A stretch of 64,000 nucleotides of DNA from an uncultured delta proteobacterium. Lineage in GTDB: Bacteria > Myxococcota > Myxococcia > Myxococcales > Myxococcaceae. The notes beneath the pieces were generated by a model. The model made no database searches and was not told the DNA's origin. It was given only the letters and a program-made list of their open reading frames with translations. This document shows positions 48,694-58,354 of the stretch, one piece after another. The translations under genes were made by a program, and so were the position numbers. The stretch lies in NCBI GenBank assembly GCA_963771175.1, contig CAVYSY010000040.1, positions 224,001 to 288,000 of the forward strand, read 5' to 3'. The first letter of the stretch is position 1. The number at the start of each line of letters is the position of its first letter.

Positions 48694-49818
48694 ATGCGCA
48701 AGAAGATCGGCGAGCTCCTCATCGAGTCCGGCGCCGTCAACCAGGAACAGGTCCGCAAGGCGCTCGGCCAACAGCGGGCCTTCGGTAATGGCCAGCGGCT
48801 GGGCTCGGTGATCATCACCCTGGGCTTCGCCTCGCCCTCGGCGGTGGCTCGGGCCCTGGCGCGCCAGTACGATCTGCCCTTCGTGGAACTGCCGGAGATC
48901 TCCGAGCAGTTGCGCTCCATCGTCTCGCTCGACTTCCAGACCGAGCAGCGCGTCGTCCCGTTCCGGCTCGAGCGGGAGGGACGCAGCGAGCGGCTGCATG
49001 TGGCGGTGGATGATCCCTCGGACCTGACCGTGGTGGACGAGCTGAGCTTCCAGCTCAACAAGCCCATCCGCGTCCACGTGGCCGCCGAGGATGACCTGGA
49101 TCGTGCGCTCGGCCTCGTCCGGGGCCAGGTCGTGGATGGCATCTCGCTGGAAGAGGATTCGGGCGAGGCGCTGGAGTTGGATCGCGACACCGCCGGCATG
49201 GTGTCGGGAAGCTGGCATGGAGAGGCCGAGAAGCCCGCGCCGGCTGGCTCGGACCTGTTCGACTGGGAGCTGCCCCCCGAGCCCGCGCTGCCCCTCCTGG
49301 ACGAAGACGAAGACGAAGAGAACGACATCACCCTCATCACTCCGAGGTCCGCCTTGAAGCCCAAGCCCCCGGCGCCCCCGGCCCCGCCGCCGCTCGATGA
49401 CGACGATGAGGACATCACCCTCATCACCCCGCGGGCCCCGAAACCGAAGTCCTCGGCCGTTCCGCCGCCTCCGCCCCCACAGGAGAGTGAGGAGGTTCTC
49501 GACGAGCTGCTCGGCGAGCCCGAGCCTGAGAGTCCGCCCTCGGCGCCTGGTGCCTCCAAGAGTTCCGTGCCGGTGGTCGTCTTCGGCGGTGCCGCCCGGG
49601 GCGTGCCGCCGCCGCCTCCGCCTCCGAACCTCTCGGACATCTCCGAGGAAGACCTGAAGGTGCTCGAGGACATCGAGCGGATCGCCGATGGCGCCGAGGC
49701 GACGCTGCACACCGAGAAGGTGAAGCCCGCACGCATGGTGGCCAGCCTCATCCGCCTCCTCATCCGCAAGCGCGTCATCCGCGAAGAGGAGTTCCTGGAC
49801 GAGCTGTCCCGGAAGTGA
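48694..49818 (+). CDS. Second MshEN / GspE N-terminal-domain protein with an acidic Pro-rich linker
   Basis: [10 protein letters not shown]...ALGQQ...RLGSVII.LG; VAVDDP.D; C-terminal [13 protein letters not shown]. Confidence 0.87.
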   Translation: MRKKIGELLIESGAVNQEQVRKALGQQRAFGNGQRLGSVIITLGFASPSAVARALARQYDLPFVELPEISEQLRSIVSLDFQTEQRVVPFRLEREGRSERLHVAVDDPSDLTVVDELSFQLNKPIRVHVAAEDDLDRALGLVRGQVVDGISLEEDSGEALELDRDTAGMVSGSWHGEAEKPAPAGSDLFDWELPPEPALPLLDEDEDEENDITLITPRSALKPKPPAPPAPPPLDDDDEDITLITPRAPKPKSSAVPPPPPPQESEEVLDELLGEPEPESPPSAPGASKSSVPVVVFGGAARGVPPPPPPPNLSDISEEDLKVLEDIERIADGAEATLHTEKVKPARMVASLIRLLIRKRVIREEEFLDELSRK

Positions 49819-49858
49819 CGCCCCGGGCCGGGTGTTCTGGCCCGGCCCCGTGAGCCCC

Positions 49859-50849
49859 ATGTCCGAGCCCCTCCTCGACGTCCGTGGCCTGAAGACCCAG
49901 CTCTCCCTGGAGGAGGGACCGGTCCTGGCCGTGGACGACGTGTCCTTCTCCATCCCGCCCGGTGGCACGCTGGGCGTGGTGGGGGAGAGCGGCTGCGGCA
50001 AGAGCGTCACCGCGCTCTCGGTGATGCGGCTGGTGCCCGAGCCTCCCGGTCGCGTGGTGGGCGGGCAGATCCGCTTCCAGGGAGAGGACCTGCTCGCGCT
50101 CCCCGAGGCGAGGATGCGCCGCGTGCGCGGGCGTCACGTGTCCATGGTCTTCCAGGAGCCGATGACCTCGCTCAACCCCGTGTACACGGTGGGCGAGCAG
50201 ATCGCCGAGGCGGTGCGGCTCCACCAGGGTCTGTCGCGGGCCGCCGCGCGCGAGCACGCGGTGGAGATGCTGCGGCGGGTGGGCATCCCCGCTCCCGAGC
50301 AGCGCGTGGACAGCTACCCCCACCAGCTCTCTGGCGGCATGCGCCAGCGGGTGATGATCGCCATGGCGCTCGCGTGCGGTCCGGAGCTGCTCATCGCGGA
50401 CGAGCCCACCACGGCGCTGGACGTCACCATCCAGGCGCAGATCCTGGAGCTGCTGAAGCGGCTGCAGGCGGAGCGCCGGCATGGCGGTGATGCTGATCAC
50501 CCACGACCTGGGAGTGGTTGCCGAGAGCTGTGACGCGGTGGTGGTGATGTACGCGGGGCGCGTGGTGGAGCGGGCTTCGGTGAAGGCGCTGTTCCGCCAG
50601 CCCGCGCACCCGTATACGGCGGGGCTTCTGCGCTCCATCCCGGCGCTCCAGGAGACTGGGGCAGGGGAGCGCCCGAGGCTGAAGACGATTCCGGGCATGG
50701 TGCCGAGCCTCCGCCGACTGCCCGAGGGCTGCCGCTTCCGAGACCGCTGCGAGCGCGCCCAGGAGATCTGCGCGAGGGTGGAGCCGACCCTGGAGCTCAA
50801 GCGCGATGGCCAGGAGGCCGCGTGCCACAACCCGGTGCTCGCGCCATGA
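49859..50849 (+). CDS. oppD: Oligopeptide/dipeptide ABC transporter ATP-binding subunit (frameshift near 50478)
   Basis: [60 protein letters not shown]. Confidence 0.92.
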
Positions 50850-51882
50850 CCGAGCCCCTGCTGCGGGTGCGGGAGTTGAAGACGCACTTCCCGGTGCGCG
50901 GTGGGCCTGCTGGGTCGCGTGCGCGGCACGGTGAAGGCCGTGGACGGGGTGAGCTTCGACGTGCGGCGCGGCGAGACGCTCGGCCTGGTGGGGGAGAGCG
51001 GCTGCGGCAAGAGCACCCTGGGGCGCACGCTGCTGCGGCTCGTGGAGCCCACGTCCGGCTCCATCCGCTTCGAGGGCCAGGAGCTGACGGGCCTCGTCCC
51101 AGCGCGAGCTGCGCCCCCTGCGCCGGCGGATGCAGCTCGTCTTCCAGGACCCCTACGCGTCGCTCAATCCCGCGCATGACGGTGCGGGACATCCTCGGCG
51201 AGCCCTTCGCCATCCACGGGCTCGCGAGCGAGGCCGCGAGCGCGAGGCGAAGGTGGCCGAGCTGCTGGACCTGATGGGCCTGCCGCGCGATGCGTTGGAC
51301 CGCTATCCCCACGAGTTCTCCGGCGGGCAGCGCCAGCGCATCGGCATCGCCCGAGCCATCGCCCTGCGGCCGGATCTCGTCGTGGCCGACGAGCCCGTCA
51401 GCGCGCTGGACGTCTCCATCCAGGCGCAGATCGTCAACCTGCTGGTGGACCTGCAGCGCGAGCTGGGGCTCACCTACCTCTTCATCGCGCACGACCTGAA
51501 GGTCGTCGAGTACGTGTCCACGCGCGTGGCGGTGATGTACCTGGGCCGCATCGTGGAGCTGGCGGCCGCGGCGGACCTCTATCGCCGACCGCGCCACCCG
51601 TACACGCAGGCGCTGCTGTCGGCCGTGCCGGTGCCGGACCCCGAGCACAAGCGGACGCGCATCATCCTCCAGGGGGACGTGCCGTCTCCGCTCTCGCCGC
51701 CGACCGGGTGCGCCTTCCACACCCGCTGCCCGTACGCCATGGAACGATGCCGGCGCGAGACACCGCCCCTCTACACTCTGGGCAACGGGCACACCTCCGC
51801 GTGCTTCCTGGTGGAGGAGGACGCGCGGAAGGCCACTCCCGGTGGGCCGGAAGCGGGCTCGCCCACGAGCGAGGGAGGGTAG
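50846..51882 (+). CDS. oppF: Oligopeptide/dipeptide ABC transporter ATP-binding subunit (frameshifted)
   Basis: [65 protein letters not shown]. Confidence 0.92.
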
Positions 51883-51883
51883 G

Positions 51884-52291
51884 GTGTTCTGGCTCAGCCA
51901 CCACCATGAGGATGAGTACAACCGTACGTATCTGCTCGGCGGGGTGCGCGTGTGCGCGCGCTGCCTGGGGACGTACCCGGTGCTGCTGGCGGTGATGATG
52001 GGCCTCTTCGCCGTGCGCGCACCTCTGGCATGGCCCTGGGATGTACCGGCGGTGCTCGGTCTCACCCTGCCGGCGCTCGTGGACTGGTCGGTGGGACGCT
52101 TCCGTCCGGCCAGTGGCTCCAACGCCGTGCGCACCCTCACCGGAGTGCTGCTGGGCACGGCACTGGGCCGCTCGTTGTTCGTCCACGTCCAGAAGCCCCT
52201 GCCGGCGGTGCTGGTATGGCAGGCCGCCCTTGTCACCGTGGTCGCACTCCCCGTGCTGCTCGCGACCTCCAGAGGGCCGAAGGACGGGTAG
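51884..52291 (+). CDS. Small membrane protein, DUF2085-like
   Basis: LSHH, VCARCLG.Y, SNAVR.LTG.LLG; hydrophobic helices; GGAGG upstream of GTG. Confidence 0.75.
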   Translation: MFWLSHHHEDEYNRTYLLGGVRVCARCLGTYPVLLAVMMGLFAVRAPLAWPWDVPAVLGLTLPALVDWSVGRFRPASGSNAVRTLTGVLLGTALGRSLFVHVQKPLPAVLVWQAALVTVVALPVLLATSRGPKDG

Positions 52292-52444
52292 AGGCGAGGA
52301 TGGCGGACACCGATGCTCGGCTCTCCTCTTCCGGGTGGTCTCACTGGCGGCCTCGGCCGCGATGTGAGCTGGTGACGAAGCTGGCGGCCGGGAATCACAC
52401 AATCCGCATGGAGTAGGTTCATTCCTCCTTCAACGGAGGACGCC

Positions 52445-53632
52445 TTGAAGACATACGACCTGTTCGCCCCCGCCACCCTGGCCGAACGCCATGCCCTGTT
52501 CGCGAAGATGCGGAGCGAGCCGGGGCTCTGCCGCGTGGAGCCCTTCGGCGCCTTCGCGGCCGCTCGCTACGAGGATGCCGCCGCCATCCTGAAGGATCCG
52601 CATCGCTTCTCGTCCGAGGCGCTCGCCGTCGCGGGGGAGCCGCCCTGGCTCGGGTTCAACCCGTCGGCCCAATCGATGATCTCGAAGGATCCGCCGACCC
52701 ACACCGTATTGCGTGCGCTGATCAACCGGGCCTTCGGTCCCGCAGGGATGGCCCGGTTGGAGGCCCGGGTCCGCCAGGAGAGCGAGGCGCTGGCCGAGGC
52801 CGCCGTGCGCCGCGGGGAGGTGGAGCTCGTGGATGCCTTCACCTTCGTCCTGCCGCGCAACATCATCGGCTCCATGCTGGGCCTGGACCCGAGCACCTTC
52901 TCGGAGTTCAAGCGGTGGTCCGTGCAGATAGGCCTGCTCGTCTCCGCCACGACGCCCGAGCAGCAAGAGGAGGTCCGGTCCGTGGTGAGGGAGATGATCG
53001 CCTACCTGACCGAGGCCATCGAGGCGCGCCGCCGTCAGCCGGGCGATGACATGGTGAGCGACCTGCTCCGGGCTGAAGTGGACGGCAGGGCGCTCACCAA
53101 TGCCGAGGTCCTGTCCTTCCTCTTCCTGCTGCTCCCCGCGGGCATGGAGACGACGACGCATCTCCTCGGCAATGCGGTCATCCAACTCGCCCAGCGCCCC
53201 GAGCATTTGGAACTGGCGAGGGCGGACAAGGCGCACATCCCCCGCTTCGTCGAGGAGGTGCTGCGGTACGATCCGCCCATCCAGCTCAGTTTCCGCCTGG
53301 CCATGCAGGACGTGGAACTGGCCGGGACGAAGATACCGGCGGGGAGCCTCGTGCTGGGGCTCGTGGGGTCGGCCAACCGCGACGAGCGGGTGTTCGAACG
53401 GCCGGACGAATTCATTCCTGGTCGGGAGAAGGGCACCCAGCACCTCTCGTTCGGGTATGGCGTGCACTTCTGCCTGGGCGCACAGCTCGCGCGGATGGAG
53501 GCGCGGCTGGGCCTGGAGGCGCTCCTCTCGCGCGTGCGAGGCATCCGGCTGCGCTCGCCGGAGGTCCAATGGAACCCCGGGTTCTTGATGCACGGGCCCG
53601 CGGTGCTGCCGGTGGACTTCGTTCCCGCTTGA
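52445..53632 (+). CDS. Cytochrome P450
   Basis: DPPTHTVLR, I-helix AGMETT, EEVLRY, HLSFGYGVHFCLGA; GGAGGA RBS before TTG. Confidence 0.97.
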   Translation: MKTYDLFAPATLAERHALFAKMRSEPGLCRVEPFGAFAAARYEDAAAILKDPHRFSSEALAVAGEPPWLGFNPSAQSMISKDPPTHTVLRALINRAFGPAGMARLEARVRQESEALAEAAVRRGEVELVDAFTFVLPRNIIGSMLGLDPSTFSEFKRWSVQIGLLVSATTPEQQEEVRSVVREMIAYLTEAIEARRRQPGDDMVSDLLRAEVDGRALTNAEVLSFLFLLLPAGMETTTHLLGNAVIQLAQRPEHLELARADKAHIPRFVEEVLRYDPPIQLSFRLAMQDVELAGTKIPAGSLVLGLVGSANRDERVFERPDEFIPGREKGTQHLSFGYGVHFCLGAQLARMEARLGLEALLSRVRGIRLRSPEVQWNPGFLMHGPAVLPVDFVPA

Positions 53633-53813
53633 GTGCACCCAGGACGCGCCAGCCGGCCCGGTCGCCAGGCAGGCAGCCCGTGACAGCCGGAGCGCGCCCT
53701 GTCATTCTCGCCACTTACAGAGGGCCAAAAAACGCGTAGACCCGAACCGCCCATCGTCCGTTGAAGGAGATGATGGAGGGGTAAGGACAGGTACGAGGCC
53801 CTGGAATGGGGGA

Positions 53814-54446
53814 GTGTTGGGACCGGAGACCTCAGACGAACGGCTGATGCTCGCCTTTCGGGCGGGGGATGCCCGTGCGTTCGAGGTGTTGGTGCGCAAG
53901 CACCGGACACCGGTGTTCAACTTCATCCTTCGCTTCACCGGCCATCGTGCACGGGCTGAAGACGTGCTTCAGGAGACGTGGCTGAAGGTGGTGCGTAGCG
54001 CGCCGGAGTACGAGGCGAAGGCGAAGTTCACCACCTGGGTCTACACGATTGCGAGGAACCTCTGCGTGGACAGCGCGCGCAAAGAGAGCTACCGGCAGGC
54101 GGCCTCGCTGGAGGCGCCCACCACGGGTGCCGAGGGCGATGAGGGTCGTCCCCTCGGTGAGGCCCTCCCGGACGACGGGCGCCAGCCCCGAGCGTGGCGC
54201 CTACAACGCCCGCGTGCGGCCCCTGTTGGAGCGCGCGCTGGCGGGCCTCCCGGAGGAGCAGCGCGAGGTCTTCGTGCTGCGCGAGTTCAGCGGCATCCCC
54301 TTCAAGGAGATCGCCGAGGTGACGGGGTGTCCGAGAACACGGTGAAGAGCCGCATGCGCTATGCCCTCGAGGGCCTGCGCCGACGGCTGTCCGAGCTCGG
54401 CGTGGATGGGGATCTGGCCGAGGACGGAAGGACGGTGGCGGGATGA
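53814..54446 (+). CDS. ECF RNA polymerase sigma factor (compensating frameshifts near 54180 and 54328)
   Basis: SDERLM, AEDVLQETWLKV, KFTTWVYTIARN; alternative frame LPEEQREVFVLRE.SG.PFKEIAE; ENTVKSRMRYAL. Confidence 0.93.
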   Translation: MLGPETSDERLMLAFRAGDARAFEVLVRKHRTPVFNFILRFTGHRARAEDVLQETWLKVVRSAPEYEAKAKFTTWVYTIARNLCVDSARKESYRQAASLEAPTTGAEGDEGRPLGEALPDDGRQPRAWRLQRPRAAPVGARAGGPPGGAARGLRAARVQRHPLQGDRRGDGVSENTVKSRMRYALEGLRRRLSELGVDGDLAEDGRTVAG

Positions 54447-55813
54447 AGCCCCAGGGTTCCCACGCGCACGAGGATCGTCTGCTGGACTTCGCCTATGGCG
54501 AGCTCCCGCCCGCCGAGGCCCGGGTGGTGGAGCAGCACGTGCAGGGCTGTTCGCGTTGCACGGAAGCGCTCGATGGCATTCGCGGTGTGCGCAGCGCCAT
54601 GTCCCGGCTGCCAATGCATTCCGCGCCGGACGCGGGGCTGGAATCGTTGATGGCGTACGCGCAGCAGTCCGCGCGCCGAGCCGCCGCGGGTCCCGAGCCG
54701 GCGCCTCGCTGGTGGCGCCGCCTGCTGGCTCCCGCGCTGGGCGTGGCGGCCATGGGCGTCTTCGGCGTCGTGGTCCACCAGGTGAACCGCACCGTGGACC
54801 TCAGCCCCGCGCTCGAGAAGGCTGTCACGCAGGAGCAGGTCGCCCGCCAGGAAGTGGCGGGCTCCAATGCCAAGGACCTGCCCGCGCCCGCCGCCGCCGC
54901 CGCGCCCGTTGCTCAGATTCCCGATTCGGCCGAGCAGATGCACGCGCAGTACGACGAGCAGGTCCGGGAGGCAGCACCGAAGCCTGTGCGCCGCGCGGAG
55001 AGGGAGGACTGGTCCAACGCGACCGCGGGCAGCGCGGGTGGCTTCCCGGAAAAGAAGACCGCCTCGCTCGGAGACAAGGAGACGCGGATGCCGGTGAAGT
55101 CCAAGCGCGGCATGACCTCCGTCAGTAAGATCGAGCTCTCTGGGTCGCTGAAGCAACAGCGCGCCAAGGCCGCCCGTGACTACGACGATGCTCCGGCGGA
55201 TGAAGGGGCGGCACTGGCGGCCGAGGCTCCCTCTTCTCCCGCGGAGGCCCAGGTCGCGCAGTACGTGCCGCCCAGCCCCTCGCAGATGATCGGCGGTTCC
55301 GCCTCTCGTGCGGAGCCGAAGGGGAACTCGATTGCCTTGGAGGAGGTGCGCTCGCCTCCTCCACCTCCCATGGCCCAGGCGCAACCCTCCGCGCCCGCCG
55401 CCGCCGCCGTCGATGGCTTCGAGGAAGAGATGGACGCCAAGGCCGAGGTGGCCCAGAAGCCTCGGGCGAAGTCCTCCGCCGGCCCGACGCGCTCCGTCTC
55501 TCCCGCGGAGCTCCTGCGGCAGGCCGAGGTGGCCAACCGTTCCGGGGACAGGGCCGAGGAGGCGATGCTCCTGCGCGGAGCGCTGTCCTCCGGAGCCCAG
55601 GGCGCGCAGCGGCTGGAGGTGCTCTCCCGGTTGTGTGAGGCGGAGTTCGCGCTCGGCCGCCGGCAGAGTGCCCTCGAGGCCTGCAGGTGGGTGATGAAGG
55701 AAGCGCCCGGCTCGAGCGAGGCCCGCATCGCGCAGCGCCGTGTGGAGCGTGTGCTCGAGTCCGAGGCGGACGAGGCCAAGAAGGCGAAGCCCGCGTCCAT
55801 CCAGGCCGAGTAG
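54443..55813 (+). CDS. Zinc-binding (zf-HC2) transmembrane anti-sigma factor with a C-terminal TPR-like region
   Basis: ATGA overlap with the sigma gene; LLDFAYGEL, HVQGCSRC, one TM segment, long low-complexity extracytoplasmic part. Confidence 0.88.
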   Translation: MKPQGSHAHEDRLLDFAYGELPPAEARVVEQHVQGCSRCTEALDGIRGVRSAMSRLPMHSAPDAGLESLMAYAQQSARRAAAGPEPAPRWWRRLLAPALGVAAMGVFGVVVHQVNRTVDLSPALEKAVTQEQVARQEVAGSNAKDLPAPAAAAAPVAQIPDSAEQMHAQYDEQVREAAPKPVRRAEREDWSNATAGSAGGFPEKKTASLGDKETRMPVKSKRGMTSVSKIELSGSLKQQRAKAARDYDDAPADEGAALAAEAPSSPAEAQVAQYVPPSPSQMIGGSASRAEPKGNSIALEEVRSPPPPPMAQAQPSAPAAAAVDGFEEEMDAKAEVAQKPRAKSSAGPTRSVSPAELLRQAEVANRSGDRAEEAMLLRGALSSGAQGAQRLEVLSRLCEAEFALGRRQSALEACRWVMKEAPGSSEARIAQRRVERVLESEADEAKKAKPASIQAE

Positions 55814-55830
55814 GGAAGGGCAGCGCCCTG

Positions 55831-56580
55831 TCAGTGCGGGGGGTGCTCACCCTCCGCGGGCGGCGGCAGGTCCGGATTGAAGGCGCCCCGGAAGACGAGG
55901 AGCTCTCCCTTGGGATCCTTCAGGCGCCAGGGCTCGCCCGTGGACGAGATGCCCACCGCGTGGAGCTCATAGGCCGCGCCTCCCTCCATCACGTAGAGCA
56001 GCAGCGTGCCGGGGGGCGCATCCGTCGGCAGCGCCTCGGGCGACTCCACCTTCTGGATGTGGAAGGGCAGAGGCTGGAAGGTGCGCGTGCGGACCGACGT
56101 GGGTTGCCCCTGCGTCACCTGCGCCAGCGCCTTCTCCCAGGAGCCCACGTCCTCGGGGACCTCACCATGGGCCTGCAGCTCGCTCACCGTCCGGCCATGG
56201 AGGTCGCGCGCGGCCCGGAGGATCTTCAGGTTGGCCGCGTCGGCGTTACGCCCCGTCGCGAGGCCTTCCTGGTTTCCCCAGTTGGCGAGCGCCAGGGCCC
56301 CGAGGATGAGCGCGGACCAGAGGAGCCGCGCGCTGCGCCCGCGCACGCCCTGCACCAGGATGACCGCCAGGCTCACCCCGGCCGTGAACACCGCCACGAG
56401 CAGCGCCGGTCGCGGGGGAGGGCCCGCGTTGTAGGGCTGGAGCAGCACGTGGAGCAGATGCGCCACCTCCGGCCAGCCCCCCACGAGGGTGATCGCGGTG
56501 AAGCCCGCGAAGATGGCTCCGTGGAGGATTCGGAGCGGCAGCGGGGACTGCTGTCGCGCGACGGTGGAGGAGGGCTTCAC
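55831..56580 (-). CDS. Hypothetical membrane protein, last gene of the Tad minor-pilin operon
   Basis: GTGA overlap with the pilin-like gene; three hydrophobic helices then a soluble domain. Confidence 0.7.
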   Translation of the reverse strand: MKPSSTVARQQSPLPLRILHGAIFAGFTAITLVGGWPEVAHLLHVLLQPYNAGPPPRPALLVAVFTAGVSLAVILVQGVRGRSARLLWSALILGALALANWGNQEGLATGRNADAANLKILRAARDLHGRTVSELQAHGEVPEDVGSWEKALAQVTQGQPTSVRTRTFQPLPFHIQKVESPEALPTDAPPGTLLLYVMEGGAAYELHAVGISSTGEPWRLKDPKGELLVFRGAFNPDLPPPAEGEHPPH

Positions 56581-56795
56581 GGGAACGGCAGGTTCAGCAC
56601 GAAGTAGAACGAGTCGTAATAGACCTGGTACGCGCTCAGGAAGAGCTCGATGACGTTCTTCTTCCCGAACACCGGGGTGCTCATCCCCACCATGAGCCCC
56701 ATGGCCAGGATGTAGTTGATGAACGAGTACTCCACCATGGCCTGGCCGCGAGGCTGGCGGCGACGGAGCTGCTTGGCGGTCACGTGCTTCTTCAT
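56577..56795 (-). CDS. Small Flp/TadE-like pilin (72 aa)
   Basis: Basic leader, then G|QAMVEY prepilin motif and hydrophobic helix; GGAGG RBS; ATGA overlap. Confidence 0.8.
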   Translation of the reverse strand: MKKHVTAKQLRRRQPRGQAMVEYSFINYILAMGLMVGMSTPVFGKKNVIELFLSAYQVYYDSFYFVLNLPFP

Positions 56796-57581
56796 GGGTT
56801 GGCCTCCTTCGACTCGGTCTCGGACTCTGGATCTTCCTGCATCCAGGCCGGCAGGTTGCTGGCCGGCTCCATCGTAATCTTCTTGTCCCTCGGGGCGGGT
56901 AGCACCATGCGCGGTTTGGCGTCCACGCCATAGTCGCGCACCTCCATCGTGTACTTGATGGCGGGGAACTCGATCTTCGCCAGGCGCAGGATGGGAATCT
57001 CCCGGCTGATCCAGTAGCGCTTGAGGACGAGCCGCTTGTGGAGAACCTCCATGGGCTCGGCCGTCACCGTGCCCGCGAGCGTCATGATGCGCGAGGGCTT
57101 GCCGCGCTGCACGGTGGTGCTCTCCCCGGCGGGAAGCTGTGCCGAGGGCGGCGGAGGGGCGGGGCGGGAGGGGTTCTTCTCGGGCTCGCCGAGGAAGAAC
57201 GGCATGGCGTCCTTGTCCACCTCCTGCAGCTTCTCGAAGCCCTGGGTGATGAACAGCCGCAATGCCCTCGGCGCGCATCCCCCCGTCGCGGGCCACCAGC
57301 ATGAGGATCTGCGCCATCGGCGCCTTCATCGCCGCATGCTGGCCGAACTCCACCTCCATCCACACCGCGTCACGGCCCTGGGCGTCCTTCTGCTCGGCGA
57401 CGGCGGCCATGCGCATGAAGCCCTGCTGGCCTCCATCCATCTGGTACGTCACCCACTCGCCCACGCGCGCGTCCAGCCGATCCGGCGCGGCCTCGAAGAG
57501 CATCCGCCCCTCGCGCGGCAGCTCGGTCGTCGGCGCGGCACTCAACAGGGCCAGGGAGAGGGCGCAGACGAGCGCGCTCAT
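56792..57581 (-). CDS. Hypothetical exported protein in the Tad operon (frameshift near 57262)
   Basis: Signal peptide MSALVCALSLALLSAA; joined from ORFs 56577..57581 and 56792..57262; overlaps with both neighbours. Confidence 0.72.
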
Positions 57582-58354
57582 GGCTTCTTCTCCTTCACGA
57601 GCCCTTCACGCATGGCGGCCTCGCGGGCCTCGCGCACGGCGTCCGCGTTGGGCATGCCGTCCGGGCGATCCGTTCCCACCCACGACTGGGAGACGGCCAC
57701 CTGCGAGGGCGCCAGCTCCACCAGCGTGGTGATCGTCTGCTCGGCTCCGCGTGCCAGCTCGATGACGTGGGTGCGCTGGCCGTCCAGCTTGCCTCCGGTC
57801 TCGCGCACCAACTTGTAGCCCGCGGCCTCGGCCTTGGAGGCCAGCTCCTGGCGCACCTCGTCCAGCCCGCGCTCCACCACCTGCGTGCGGTGCTGCGAGC
57901 CGCCGGACTCGTCGCGCGAGCCCACGTCCGCGCTGAAGAGCGAGCCTTCCACCTGGATGAAGGGGCCCTTCCCAGCGGCAGGAGGCTTCTCGTACAGCCA
58001 CAGGTCCTTCAGGACGGTGAAGCCCACCGTCTTTCCCATGTGCGTGCGCAGCACCACGGCGCGCTGGAGTCCCTCGCGCGTGAAGAAGGCCGCCACCACG
58101 CCCTCCTGCTCCATGTCCCCCTCGATGACGACCGGGTAGCCCTCCTTGCGCCAGAGATCGGCGAAGTACTTCGCCACCTTGAGCATCGGATCCTTGGTGG
58201 TGAAGTAGGCCATGCGGTGGTACTGGCCGTTGATGCGCAGATCATTGCCGATCCGCGTGTGGACGGTACCCGGGTAGACCGCGAGCTGCTGCTCCGCCCG
58301 CGAAGGGGCGGCCCACAGCAGGAGCGGCAGGAGGATGAGGACGCTTACTCGCAC
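57578..58354 (-). CDS. Hypothetical exported protein in the Tad operon
   Basis: GTG start, signal peptide RVSVLILLPLLLWAAPSRA, intact frame, overlaps with neighbours. Confidence 0.75.
   Translation of the reverse strand: MRVSVLILLPLLLWAAPSRAEQQLAVYPGTVHTRIGNDLRINGQYHRMAYFTTKDPMLKVAKYFADLWRKEGYPVVIEGDMEQEGVVAAFFTREGLQRAVVLRTHMGKTVGFTVLKDLWLYEKPPAAGKGPFIQVEGSLFSADVGSRDESGGSQHRTQVVERGLDEVRQELASKAEAAGYKLVRETGGKLDGQRTHVIELARGAEQTITTLVELAPSQVAVSQSWVGTDRPDGMPNADAVREAREAAMREGLVKEKKP

Noticed and set aside
48664..52476. Long minus-strand ORFs opposite the MshEN and ABC ATPase genes
   Set aside because: Typical antisense shadow frames of high-GC genes; the plus-strand frames carry the conserved motifs
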